Shown: positions 1-8,579, counted from the first letter of the stretch. The stretch is DNA of 64,000 nucleotides from a virus (IMGVR_UViG_2597490202_000002:1-64000), one strand, 5' to 3'. Made by a program: numbers and translations. The notes: generated from the sequence alone by a model not told the origin.

Positions 1-906
1 GTGGTTGGTATTGAAAAAAATGAGGTAGATACGGGCAGGTTAAAGGTTGTGACCTACAACGATATTGAAAAGCGACTAAATCGGCATTTGTTGAAATTGC
101 TTGGTCACTATCCTATTGCGGACATCTCAGCACCAATTGCGATTGAAAAACTAAAACCATTAGAACGAGAAAGGAAGCTAGATACTTTGCATCGTATGAT
201 CGGGTATTTAAACCAGATTATGATTTATGCAGTAAATCGAGGGGCTATTAAATATAACCCAACAGCAGACATTGGAAAGGTTTTTTTGAAACCCGTCGTA
301 GAAAATAATCCTACTATTCGTCCTGAATTATTAGGCAAACTGTTTGAAGATTTACAAAATAGTACGCTAGAAATTGAAACTCGTTGTGCATTAGAATTGT
401 TGATCTTAACAGCAGGGAGAGCAGGAGCTATTACACAACTTGAATGGTCTGAAGTGAATTTTGAGGAAAAGATTTTGGATATTCCAAAAGAGAAAATGAA
501 GGGGCGACAAGGGAAAGTTCAGGATTTTGTGCTTCCGCTATCTACTCAAGCGATTAAAATTTTACAGCTTTTACAAAAATTAAATCGCTATCACAGTCGT
601 TTTGTTTTCCCTAGTCGTAAAAATCCGCACCAGCCAATTAGTAAAGAAACGCCTAATAAGGCACTGCAAAGAATGGGTTATCGCAATGTATTGACTGCTC
701 ACGGACTAAGATCGGTATTTAGCACAGCAATGAATGAGGCTGAGTTTAATTCCGAAATTATTGAGGTGTGCTTGGCTCATTTTGAATACTCCAGTGTACG
801 AGGTACATACAATAAAGCAAAATACTTAACTCAACGAGCTGAATATATGCAATGGTGGGGGAATTTTGTTGAGCAAGCAGCTGAGGGGAAAGGGTTATGC
901 AGTTGA
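1..906 (+). CDS. int: Tyrosine integrase (P4-like), 5'-truncated by window edge
   Basis: Catalytic motifs TAGR, HGLR, LAH, GTY; C-terminal YMQWWG typical of P4-type integrases. Confidence 0.93.
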   Translation: MVGIEKNEVDTGRLKVVTYNDIEKRLNRHLLKLLGHYPIADISAPIAIEKLKPLERERKLDTLHRMIGYLNQIMIYAVNRGAIKYNPTADIGKVFLKPVVENNPTIRPELLGKLFEDLQNSTLEIETRCALELLILTAGRAGAITQLEWSEVNFEEKILDIPKEKMKGRQGKVQDFVLPLSTQAIKILQLLQKLNRYHSRFVFPSRKNPHQPISKETPNKALQRMGYRNVLTAHGLRSVFSTAMNEAEFNSEIIEVCLAHFEYSSVRGTYNKAKYLTQRAEYMQWWGNFVEQAAEGKGLCS

Positions 907-1110
907 GGTGCATTCACTCTGAATTGTATCAATATAGTGGTTTATTTGTTCATTAGACCAAAAATTTTTACCTCCGATCAGAAGTGGCTTTGGGAAATGT
1001 TTGTCATTTTTCATTCTTCTGTTAATTGTTGGTACACTGACATCAAGCAGTGTAGCGACAGATTTTTTGTCAAATAACATTTTTGTTGTATTTTCCATCT
1101 TTTCCTCCAA
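895..1110 (-). CDS. AlpA-family excisionase / HTH protein
   Basis: VATLLDVSVPTINR..HFPKPLLIGG.NFW pattern; convergent with int. Confidence 0.85.
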   Translation of the reverse strand: MEEKMENTTKMLFDKKSVATLLDVSVPTINRRMKNDKHFPKPLLIGGKNFWSNEQINHYIDTIQSECTSTA

Positions 1111-1186
1111 TAAAAAACCTAGCTTTCGCTAGGCTTGTTCGTTGATCCATAAAATAAAACCGCCCATAAAGAGCGGTTGGTTGTGG

Positions 1187-1789
1187 TTAAAAGTTTGCTA
1201 ATCGTTGTTGATTAATCTGTGGCAAGACTTGCTCAATGAATGGGTCAAGCCACACGTTAAACTCGTGTGCGATGTCGTAGGCTTTTCCTGCAATATCGTT
1301 TTTAACATAGCGAGAAATGCCCAAATCTTCGTACAGTTTACGGTGGAATACTTCCACTTCTTTTGCAAAAGCTCTGGCTCTTACTAGGTATTTGGCAATT
1401 TGTTCTGCTTTTTCGTGTGGAAGAACGACATCAGGCTTAGGTTCAAGCGGTGCGATTTGTTGTTCATTTTCCGAAATTTCACGATCAAGAATATCTAGCA
1501 CCCATTTGCGAAAATCTTTGGCGACTTTGGTGCGGGCGAACATTGCGATAAGGTGAGCTCCACGCAAAGAGAAGACGCGAACTTGTTGTTTTCCGCCTGC
1601 GGTTTGCAGTTCGATAAGTGCGGTCATTTCTGCAGTAAATTCGTCTGCGTTGCGGTTGTAAAGGTTTGGAATATCCGCTGATGGATTTTTATAGCCTAAT
1701 GCCTTTCCAAGATCAAATGATGTAAAGAAAGTTTTATTTTTTTGGCTGATCACCGTCATTGCGGTGTTTTGAAATGTTAAAGTTGTCAT
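1187..1789 (-). CDS. BRO-N-like phage antirepressor
   Basis: LGKALGY..NADEFT..RVFSLRGAHLIAMFART.VAKDFRKWVLD; preceded by a c4-like RNA. Confidence 0.85.
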   Translation of the reverse strand: MTTLTFQNTAMTVISQKNKTFFTSFDLGKALGYKNPSADIPNLYNRNADEFTAEMTALIELQTAGGKQQVRVFSLRGAHLIAMFARTKVAKDFRKWVLDILDREISENEQQIAPLEPKPDVVLPHEKAEQIAKYLVRARAFAKEVEVFHRKLYEDLGISRYVKNDIAGKAYDIAHEFNVWLDPFIEQVLPQINQQRLANF

Positions 1790-1843
1790 ACGCTTATTCT
1801 CTAATTGAAATTTAATTCAATCATCACGAGCAACTGCGATTAC

Positions 1844-1930
1844 TGGTGATGAACTAGGCAAGGTTCGCAGTACTGGTGAATAAGCGGTTAAACTTCCAGC
1901 GGGCTTTCGCCCCCTTACCTAGTCCATCAT
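1844..1930 (-). ncRNA. c4/P4-CI-like antisense RNA #1
   Basis: Long closing stem ending in CCA and a GNRA-type hairpin. Loops ACCGCTTATTC and ACTGCGA are complementary to GAATAAG and TCGCAGT, which occur both upstream in the leader and downstream near the ant start. Confidence 0.8.
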
Positions 1931-2117
1931 TGACAACTTTTCAAAGGGAGTGTCAATTTGGAACACCCTTTTGAAGTTTTAAGGGTCTTGCAATTTGCAA
2001 GTACCTTTAATCTGACTAGATTTTGGCTATAAAAAAAGTCGCTTTTGGCGACTATCATTATTACCGCCACTTATTCTTTCAGGACTGCGATCCCGACTTT
2101 CTGTTGAAAGTGGGGGT

Positions 2118-2147
2118 ATCTTAAACTGAATTGGGAGCGGTTGTCAA
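2118..2147 (-). promoter_or_regulatory. sigma70 promoter TTGACA-N18-TAAGAT (member of the repeated cassette family)
   Basis: Sequence match; seven related copies lie in prophage 2. Confidence 0.7.
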
Positions 2148-2247
2148 TGCGGTTTTTTAACGAGAACCGCAAAACTCGCCTTACTTGTTACCACAACGCA
2201 TAAGGATTATAATTTGTACAACCACAACGTATAAATTAGGATTTGTT

Positions 2248-2373
2248 ATGTCTAATCAAAAGCCATCTCAACCAAAACCACAACCAACCCCATCTAAACC
2301 TCATCAGCCTGCTTATAAAAAGCCCGAACCAGTGTTTGTAGGTGATAGTGTAGATATTCCTAAGAAGAAATAA
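2248..2373 (+). CDS. Small Pro/Lys-rich peptide (41 aa)
   Basis: ATG after AGGA, upstream TATAAT; stop abuts the stop of the convergent membrane-protein gene. Confidence 0.45.
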   Translation: MSNQKPSQPKPQPTPSKPHQPAYKKPEPVFVGDSVDIPKKK

Positions 2374-2907
2374 TTAGGGCAAATAATGTAGTAAACTTGA
2401 ACTAATCACCATTAATAAAATCGGCAAGCTGATAGCAGTCATAATCGCTCTATCAGTATATTTCCGGTATATAGCATTGGTATTAAGCAAAGATAAAATA
2501 GCTTGGTTGATGTTATGTAATTCATAGCGTCTTAGTATGCCAAGTTTATTTTTATCTTGGCTGTTTTTGAATGATTCGTTATAAAGATTTTGTGGAATGT
2601 TTGTTCCCATTTGTCGTATTTTACTTAATAAAACGTAATGAGTTAGCATAAATGCGGATATTGTCCAACCCGCCATTAGTAAAATGGCATTGACAATAAT
2701 AATGGGATGTATTTTATCAATGCTGTTTATTAGCAGTAATGAGATAGAACCAATACCCAAAAGCAGATAATTTAATAGGCGGTAGGCTTTTTCTCGATTG
2801 TTTTCGTTTGATTTTTTTACATCGTCATAACTCTGTAAGGCTTGTTTTTCTAAATATTCAAGCATTTCATCATCAACATCTAAAAAGTAATCGTCGGGTA
2901 AGTTCAT
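2374..2907 (-). CDS. Hypothetical membrane protein (about 3 TM)
   Basis: Hydrophobic segments; GGAG RBS. Confidence 0.75.
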   Translation of the reverse strand: MNLPDDYFLDVDDEMLEYLEKQALQSYDDVKKSNENNREKAYRLLNYLLLGIGSISLLLINSIDKIHPIIIVNAILLMAGWTISAFMLTHYVLLSKIRQMGTNIPQNLYNESFKNSQDKNKLGILRRYELHNINQAILSLLNTNAIYRKYTDRAIMTAISLPILLMVISSSLLHYLP

Positions 2908-2962
2908 TATAATTCTCCAAATATTTAGTTAAAATAGCTGAGGTGCTAAAGGATAAAAAAGA

Positions 2963-3067
2963 TTAGTCATCTTTTAATTTTCCATCTAGATAATTTAGAA
3001 CCCATTTTACACAGTATAAGGCAATACCAATATAAACAAGTGAATATATAAATGTTGAAAATGTCAT
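2963..3067 (-). CDS. Small single-TM peptide MTFSTFIYSLVYIGIALYCVKWVLNYLDGKLKDD
   Basis: Read manually; AAGGA RBS; below the ORF-track cutoff. Confidence 0.5.
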   Translation of the reverse strand: MTFSTFIYSLVYIGIALYCVKWVLNYLDGKLKDD

Positions 3068-3162
3068 TGTTGAATCCTTAATAAAAAAGCCCACGTTTTG
3101 TGGGCAAATGGATCATCATTATGATTACGGGTGTTTTAAGTGCTTACCGTGTACACTTTTGT

Positions 3163-3405
3163 TCAGTCAGAACTAGATTTTAGAAATCGTGCTACTGTTT
3201 CATTGTTGGTTATTTCACTTATTACTTCAGCATCACTGTATTTGTTGATCGCAGAAATGGCTTTGCAAGCCTTTAGTTCCAAACCGTCATAATACGGAGT
3301 AATTTTGATGGAACTTAGAACCGCTTCTATAATTTGGTGTTTTTGCACCAAATTAACGGTTGAGCTTGTTACACTTTCCGCTTTTGAGTAGTTTTCTGTG
3401 TTCAT
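3163..3405 (-). CDS. Hypothetical phage protein (probable start MNTENY)
   Basis: GAGG RBS before the internal ATG; absent from the homologous position in prophage 2. Confidence 0.55.
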   Translation of the reverse strand: MNTENYSKAESVTSSTVNLVQKHQIIEAVLSSIKITPYYDGLELKACKAISAINKYSDAEVISEITNNETVARFLKSSSD

Positions 3406-3747
3406 TTTGTTTAACCTCATTTGTTTGTTGCCATTCAGAACCGCTCTCAGCAAGAGTGAAAAATTCACATTAAAAAAGCCTCTTGGTTAGCCTGAAAGCG
3501 GTTTTGAATGGTGCGTTGATTTGCTACGCTGGCTCAACGCTAAGCCTCGATAGCCATTTCGTGGGTATGCACGAAATGGTCAAATTTATTACTTGCGTTT
3601 GTGCTACCTGATTCACTGCCAGTGCTTAACCTTTCCACAAGTAATCACACCGCTTGAGCTATGGCTTTCACATAGCTTGTTGATACCATCTCACCTTTGG
3701 CAAGCGGTGCGTTTTTGTCTAAATTGTGTCGAGATGAAATAATGGAA

Positions 3748-3969
3748 TTAGCCGCCTTTTTGGAGTAATCTACGCATTAACCTTGCTATTTTTGAAAGCG
3801 GGTTTTCAGGGATATATACTGAAAGATGTATCTCGCCATCAACGGTCGCTTGGGACATTGCTTTGACTTTTTCTTGCGCCTCTTCAAATGAGTTGGCATA
3901 AATTTCTGTTGCCCACTTCTTTCCGCCGAAGCTATAAGAAACAGCATAGCATTTCATTTTTTCTTGCAT
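3748..3969 (-). CDS. Conserved hypothetical phage protein
   Basis: Near-identical copy at 57815-58036. Confidence 0.75.
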   Translation of the reverse strand: MQEKMKCYAVSYSFGGKKWATEIYANSFEEAQEKVKAMSQATVDGEIHLSVYIPENPLSKIARLMRRLLQKGG

Positions 3970-3983
3970 AAGGAGTTACCTCT

Positions 3984-4154
3984 ATGTATTTTCAAATTTT
4001 CCAAGGTGTTAATGGTCAGTGGTATTGGCGATTAAAATCCGCCAATCACGAAACCATTGCTTCTAGCGAAGGATATACAACTAAACAAAACTGCTTGCAC
4101 TGCATAGGTTTAGTGATGGATACCACGCAAAAAACACCTGTTTATGAAGTTTAG
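3984..4154 (+). CDS. YegP/DUF1508-family small protein (56 aa)
   Basis: MYFQIFQGVNGQWYWRLKSANHETIASSEGYTTKQNC matches the family pattern; AGGAG RBS. Confidence 0.8.
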   Translation: MYFQIFQGVNGQWYWRLKSANHETIASSEGYTTKQNCLHCIGLVMDTTQKTPVYEV

Positions 4155-4180
4155 TGTTCAAGCCCTGTTGGAGCAGGGCT

Positions 4181-4468
4181 TTAAATCCGTATCAACTCCC
4201 GACAACTACGTCTGATTTTCTCTTTGGCTCGAACTGTTGTTGGTTTGATTTTGCCTTTGTTGCAAGCGTAATTTGCAATATCAATCATTTTTTTGCTTGG
4301 TCTTTCAAGGCAGGCTATATCTACTCTTGAAAGGGTGTTAGCGGTCTGTTTTTTGCGATTTTTTGCGAACATTCTCGCTAGTCTGCCAGCTTTACCCGTT
4401 GTGCGAACTTCTGCTTTTTCGCAGTATTTGTTGCTTGTTGGGTTACGTTCGATAATGATTTTAGTCAT
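4181..4468 (-). CDS. Basic N-like antiterminator candidate
   Basis: First ORF after PL/boxA; Arg/Lys-rich; duplicated at 58262-58549. Confidence 0.5.
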   Translation of the reverse strand: MTKIIIERNPTSNKYCEKAEVRTTGKAGRLARMFAKNRKKQTANTLSRVDIACLERPSKKMIDIANYACNKGKIKPTTVRAKEKIRRSCRELIRI

Positions 4469-4668
4469 TGCCGTGTCCTCTGTTTGTTGTCATTCATAGC
4501 GACACTTGTCTAACATTTCCTTTCCGATCTCAGTTCGTTGTAGATAAATCCGCATTGATGTGAGATGTTCCAGTTCTCTGTAAATGTCGCTATGAATAGC
4601 AATTCCTGTTTGCCTCAGCCCCACTGGTACAGGCGACCAACCTTGTTTGGTGATGTGGGTTATTCGTG

Positions 4669-4681
4669 TTGTTAAAGAGCA
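4669..4681 (-). promoter_or_regulatory. boxA (nutL-like) TGCTCTTTAACAA
   Basis: Matches the boxA consensus just downstream of the PL operator region. Confidence 0.75.
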
Positions 4682-4709
4682 TTGAGCCGTAGCTCGTTTT
4701 GATGGGTGT

Positions 4710-4790
4710 AGTTTAGTAAATATTAAACATTAAGTAAAGTGTTTATTTAGTAAAAAATAAATAAAGTTTAGTATTTGTTTAGTAATTTGT
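4710..4790. promoter_or_regulatory. PL/OL operator region of prophage 1 (TTTAG-N6-NTAAA repeats)
   Basis: Same motif occurs between cI and cro. Confidence 0.6.
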
Positions 4791-4913
4791 TGATTTTAAA
4801 GGGAAATAAATTTTGTAATGTGTGTTTGATTGATTGTTTTTTGAGCAATGAAAGGGTTGAGATATGAGAAAGGGGGAAAAATTAGTGAGAATAAAGGAAT
4901 ATTTCGGAAAAAT

Positions 4914-5073
4914 TTGACGCAATGAATTGTTAGATTTATAATTTAAACAAATCGAAGGCGTTGGAAATCTAAGTTACCCAAGGTCGATTTTATTAAGTGG
5001 GGGCGTTGGAAATCTAAGTTACCCAAGACCACTTAATATAAACCCCGAGCTGATGAGTTCGGGGTTTTTGTTT
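4914..5073 (+). ncRNA. Stand-alone ~120-nt structured RNA with two identical 26-nt units, including its promoter and terminator
   Basis: TTGACG-N17-TATAAT (4914-4942). GGCGTTGGAAATCTAAGTTACCCAAG at 4957-4982 and 5002-5027, each closed by a different stem. Intrinsic terminator at 5040-5073. Confidence 0.75.
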
Positions 5074-5560
5074 ATTGGTCATCATTGGGTTTTATGCTGT
5101 CGCCTTTAGGAATGACAGAAAACAACTCAGCACGGGGTTTCTTTGATGTTAACTCTAAAATAGCACGATCATTCACTAAATTACCGTAGCCATCGTGACG
5201 TTGGTGTGGGTTTTCTAGGGCGGTAGCTCGGTTTGATGGTACAAGGCAAGAATGAACGGATAATGCGCTTTCTGCTTGCTTTACCATATCGTTAATATTG
5301 TAACCGTCTTTGCTTCGGCTTTGATAATGATGGCGACCAATATAGACAATTTCATTACATTCAAGTGGTGGCAATTCTGCCTTTTTTCTATGTTGATTTA
5401 TATCAAGAAATTGTTTATCTGTGAATGAGCCTATTACTTGTAATTTCGCTTTCTTTCCTTGGCTTATTTCGGTTAGATTTTGTCTAATAAGTGCTTTTGC
5501 ATTTTCGTATAATGGCATAGATTGTATTTTCACTAAGTTATTTGGAATATATTCTAGCAA
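5072..5560 (-). CDS. Hypothetical protein, possible BECR-fold (PBECR-like) RNase
   Basis: RHH motif followed by a helix and beta-rich C-terminus ending LFSVIPK. The fold is inferred. True start is probably MPLYEN. Confidence 0.5.
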   Translation of the reverse strand: MLEYIPNNLVKIQSMPLYENAKALIRQNLTEISQGKKAKLQVIGSFTDKQFLDINQHRKKAELPPLECNEIVYIGRHHYQSRSKDGYNINDMVKQAESALSVHSCLVPSNRATALENPHQRHDGYGNLVNDRAILELTSKKPRAELFSVIPKGDSIKPNDDQ

Positions 5561-5577
5561 AGAATTAGGAGTTTAAT

Positions 5578-5868
5578 ATGGTAGAACTACAAGATTTTGA
5601 TATGGCGGAACATTTAAGAAGTGAAGAGGAAATTCAGCTTTACTTAAATGAGGTGCTAAAAGAAGATGATGTAGATTTGATTTTATCCGCTTTAGGCGAT
5701 ATTGCGAAGGCTCGTAATATGAGTCAGATCGCAAGAGAAGCTGGTGTAAGCCGTGAGGGGTTATATAAGGCTTTTTCGGGTAAAGGTAATCCGACATTTT
5801 CTACGGTGCTTAAAGTCATGCGTGCTTTAAATCTTACCTTTGAAGTAAAACAAGCGGTTCATACTTAG
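5578..5868 (+). CDS. HI1420-family addiction module antidote (HTH)
   Basis: FDMAEHL..ALGDIAKARNMSQIAREAGVSREGLYKA..GNPTFSTV signature. Confidence 0.9.
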   Translation: MVELQDFDMAEHLRSEEEIQLYLNEVLKEDDVDLILSALGDIAKARNMSQIAREAGVSREGLYKAFSGKGNPTFSTVLKVMRALNLTFEVKQAVHT

Positions 5869-5895
5869 ATAAAAGAAAACCGCCACGGTGGGCGG

Positions 5896-6735
5896 TCAGT
5901 TGTGGTTATTAAATTTGTCACAAAGCTTTTTGAGTGATTTTTCAGAGGCTTTTTTTGGTAAATTGTTTCTCACATTACTGCGTTTTTGCGCTTTAGCAAT
6001 GCGATCACCAAAATAACGCTTGAAAATTTCGTAGTCAGGTTTGGACTCTGGCTCTATTTCATAAAATGAAAGTTTACCATAAATAGCGCATAGCCAATCA
6101 GCACATTGAATTGTTTGATATAACTTACTGTCTACTTGTACTGGTGCTTCGATTAGCTGAAATTTGCTATTTTGATGCATTTCATAGATTGCATTTTTTA
6201 CAATACTTGCACTTGATTCACTATCATCCATAAAGATCAGAAATTGATCTTCTTGGTTTTTAAATTCATCATCTAGTCGTTTGATAATCTCTTTTAAACT
6301 AGATAAATAAACCCGTTGAGCATCGTGTTTATCTACATCTTTTTGCTTGGCTTCACCAACATAAAATAGGAAACCTCCACGTTCGGTTATTTGATTTATA
6401 ATGCGATTGGTAGAGCGTGTGATGTGAATTGTATACCTTTGTAGATTTGCTACAGAGTACTGCTTGGATCCTTTCTTTTCCCACGTCGAAAGTTTAAATA
6501 CTTGACCTTGTTCTTTGGCTTCTTTTCTTGCTTGAGGAATATCATAATTTTCAAACAAGTATTGCTTAAGATTGAAAAAGAAAGAAGAGAATGGACGAAC
6601 CTCTTCAATAGGCAAGACGAACCCACCCAATCCAAAAACAGGGTGAGTTTTATGTGTTGGGTGATCTACGGAAACATAAGGACCAACGTGACCAAATTCA
6701 TCAAGATAAACAATATAAGTTCGAGAGGGATGCAT
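5896..6735 (-). CDS. DUF3800-domain protein
   Basis: N-terminal YLDEFG and C-terminal IQCADW motifs. Probable start is the ATG at 6735. Confidence 0.8.
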   Translation of the reverse strand: MHPSRTYIVYLDEFGHVGPYVSVDHPTHKTHPVFGLGGFVLPIEEVRPFSSFFFNLKQYLFENYDIPQARKEAKEQGQVFKLSTWEKKGSKQYSVANLQRYTIHITRSTNRIINQITERGGFLFYVGEAKQKDVDKHDAQRVYLSSLKEIIKRLDDEFKNQEDQFLIFMDDSESSASIVKNAIYEMHQNSKFQLIEAPVQVDSKLYQTIQCADWLCAIYGKLSFYEIEPESKPDYEIFKRYFGDRIAKAQKRSNVRNNLPKKASEKSLKKLCDKFNNHN

Positions 6736-6758
6736 ATACTTTCCATAACTTAAATACA

Positions 6759-6828
6759 CGGAAGCCCAATCATAAAGACTGGGCCCCGGAATCAGCAACA
6801 AAGAATCTTGCAATCCTCTGCTTCTGAC
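6759..6828 (-). ncRNA. Two-hairpin structured leader/ncRNA upstream of the DUF3800 gene
   Basis: Promoter TTGACT-N16-TATATT at 6833-6860; two stems whose G-U pairs work only on the minus strand. Confidence 0.55.
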
Positions 6829-6915
6829 GACTAATATAAGGCTTTATTTTTAAAAGTCAAGTTTTACTTTATAACAAATTACGGTGGATCCGTTACAAAT
6901 AACTCCTATGCTCAA

Positions 6916-7764
6916 CTATTCTCTATCTTCAATCAACAACGGCTTATCTTTTAATGGTTCAAGTGATTTTGATTTTAATAAGGATTGCATTTGTTGAATG
7001 GCCAGGCGGTTTAAAATAGTAAGTCGCTCTTTTTGTGAGACACCTTGCTCTATGAGTAGTGCATTTTGGCTTTCTAGAGCGGCTAATACCGTAAGTTGCT
7101 CAACGCTGGCATAATCTCGAATGTTGCCTTTTAATGTCGGATTTTGCTCACGCCATTGTTTGGCGGTTAAACCGAACATAGCTTGGTTTAGAATATCGGC
7201 TTCCGCAGAATACACAAATATTGGTTGTGTGCTGTTCAGTAATCTGGGAATAAGATGTGCTTGAATAGCATCGGTATGAATGCGGTAATTAGCTTTGCTT
7301 AGAATACGTTTAACATTCCATTCCGTTTTATTTTCTTGGGCTTCTTTTTGTTTGAGACGTTGGAACTCTTTGATGAGATAGAGTTTAAACTCTGGGCTGA
7401 GCCAAGAGCCAAATTCAAGGGCAATATCCTTATGAGCATAAGTACCGCTGCCATAACGCCCCGTTTTAGCGATTAAGCCGATAGCATTTGTTGCTGACCA
7501 CTTTTTGACAGACATTACAAAGCGGTTTAAGCCGATATTATTTTTAATTTGGTGTAATTCCACCAAATTAAAATTTGGGTTGTTAATCTCTTCCCAAACT
7601 TGCAAAAATTCAATGGTGTTTTTGTTTTGTAGCCAGTTTTTTATCAGTTGATCACCATCACCAAAGGCTTTGCACATATCTGTTAGGCTGATATAGTCTT
7701 CGCCATTTCGTTCTGTAACCCGAATTTCTGTCTCTTGTACGATTATTACATCATTAGGAACCAT
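6916..7764 (-). CDS. KilA-N domain DNA-binding protein
   Basis: DYISLTDM..NWL.NKNTIEFL.WE..GTYAHKDIALEFGSWLSPEFKLYLIKEFQRLK. Confidence 0.9.
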   Translation of the reverse strand: MVPNDVIIVQETEIRVTERNGEDYISLTDMCKAFGDGDQLIKNWLQNKNTIEFLQVWEEINNPNFNLVELHQIKNNIGLNRFVMSVKKWSATNAIGLIAKTGRYGSGTYAHKDIALEFGSWLSPEFKLYLIKEFQRLKQKEAQENKTEWNVKRILSKANYRIHTDAIQAHLIPRLLNSTQPIFVYSAEADILNQAMFGLTAKQWREQNPTLKGNIRDYASVEQLTVLAALESQNALLIEQGVSQKERLTILNRLAIQQMQSLLKSKSLEPLKDKPLLIEDRE

Positions 7765-7863
7765 ACCATTCTCCAGTTTTAATTATGGCGAACTCGCCTA
7801 TTTACTCAATAAAATTCAATAGTTGCTACAAGTAGCTCCTATGCTCAACTGCCACGCCAATAG

Positions 7864-8559
7864 CTACAAATCTTTAGGGTTTATTGGCAATACTCGGATA
7901 AATTTCCCAAGGATAATTGCAGTATCTAAGATTTCTCTCTTTATATCAAAAGGCTCGTAAGTCTTGTTGTCTGATAAAGCTCTATAAACGCCCCCTGGAA
8001 TTTTTTGTAGTCTTTTAATATAAACTTCATCATCAATGGCAAAAATATACACACCTTCGTTATCGTAATAATTGATTGTGGTATCAATAAAAACGACATC
8101 ACCTTTGTTTATTGTTGGAGCCATGCTATCAGTTGGAATAGTGATCATCTCAATGCCATTGCTTGATTTTCTCCCTACAATTTCAAGCAAACCATCTAAG
8201 GAGAAATAGATAGATTGAATAATTTCGGGATAGTTAGTATTGATAAAACCTGTTTCACCAGCCTTAGCTTTAAAGTTAATTAGATGAATAGGATATTGAT
8301 GAGAATGTGTTTCTTGAATGGATATTGCAGACACAATAGCACTTTCTGTTTCTTCATCATAGTCTAAATAAAAGCTAGGCATTCCATACTCATTTTCTAA
8401 TCTTCTTGCTGCACGCTCACCAAAAGATGATTTTCCTGATTTTAATTGTGATATGTAGCTTTTTTCCTTTTCTGGAATATCTCTCGTACTGAACCATTCT
8501 GTAAGTTTTTTTCTACGGATCTCTGGCAGAGTCATATTTTTAATCATAACTAACCTCAC
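7864..8559 (-). CDS. cI: CI-like repressor (HTH plus S24 peptidase)
   Basis: SYISQLKSG HTH, DSMAPT serine and IKRL lysine motifs; divergent from cro. Confidence 0.9.
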   Translation of the reverse strand: MRLVMIKNMTLPEIRRKKLTEWFSTRDIPEKEKSYISQLKSGKSSFGERAARRLENEYGMPSFYLDYDEETESAIVSAISIQETHSHQYPIHLINFKAKAGETGFINTNYPEIIQSIYFSLDGLLEIVGRKSSNGIEMITIPTDSMAPTINKGDVVFIDTTINYYDNEGVYIFAIDDEVYIKRLQKIPGGVYRALSDNKTYEPFDIKREILDTAIILGKFIRVLPINPKDL

Positions 8560-8579
8560 TTTTCATTTTTAAATCATTC

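Noticed and set aside
4957-5027. Two 26-nt direct repeats as a mini CRISPR array or CRISPR-repeat mimic
   Set aside because: Only two units, a 19-nt spacer that forms the closing stems, no cas genes, and no resemblance to the I-F, I-C or II-C repeats I know.
6736-6813. TTG-initiated N-terminal extension of DUF3800
   Set aside because: Falls inside the hairpin leader; the family motif begins just after the ATG at 6735.
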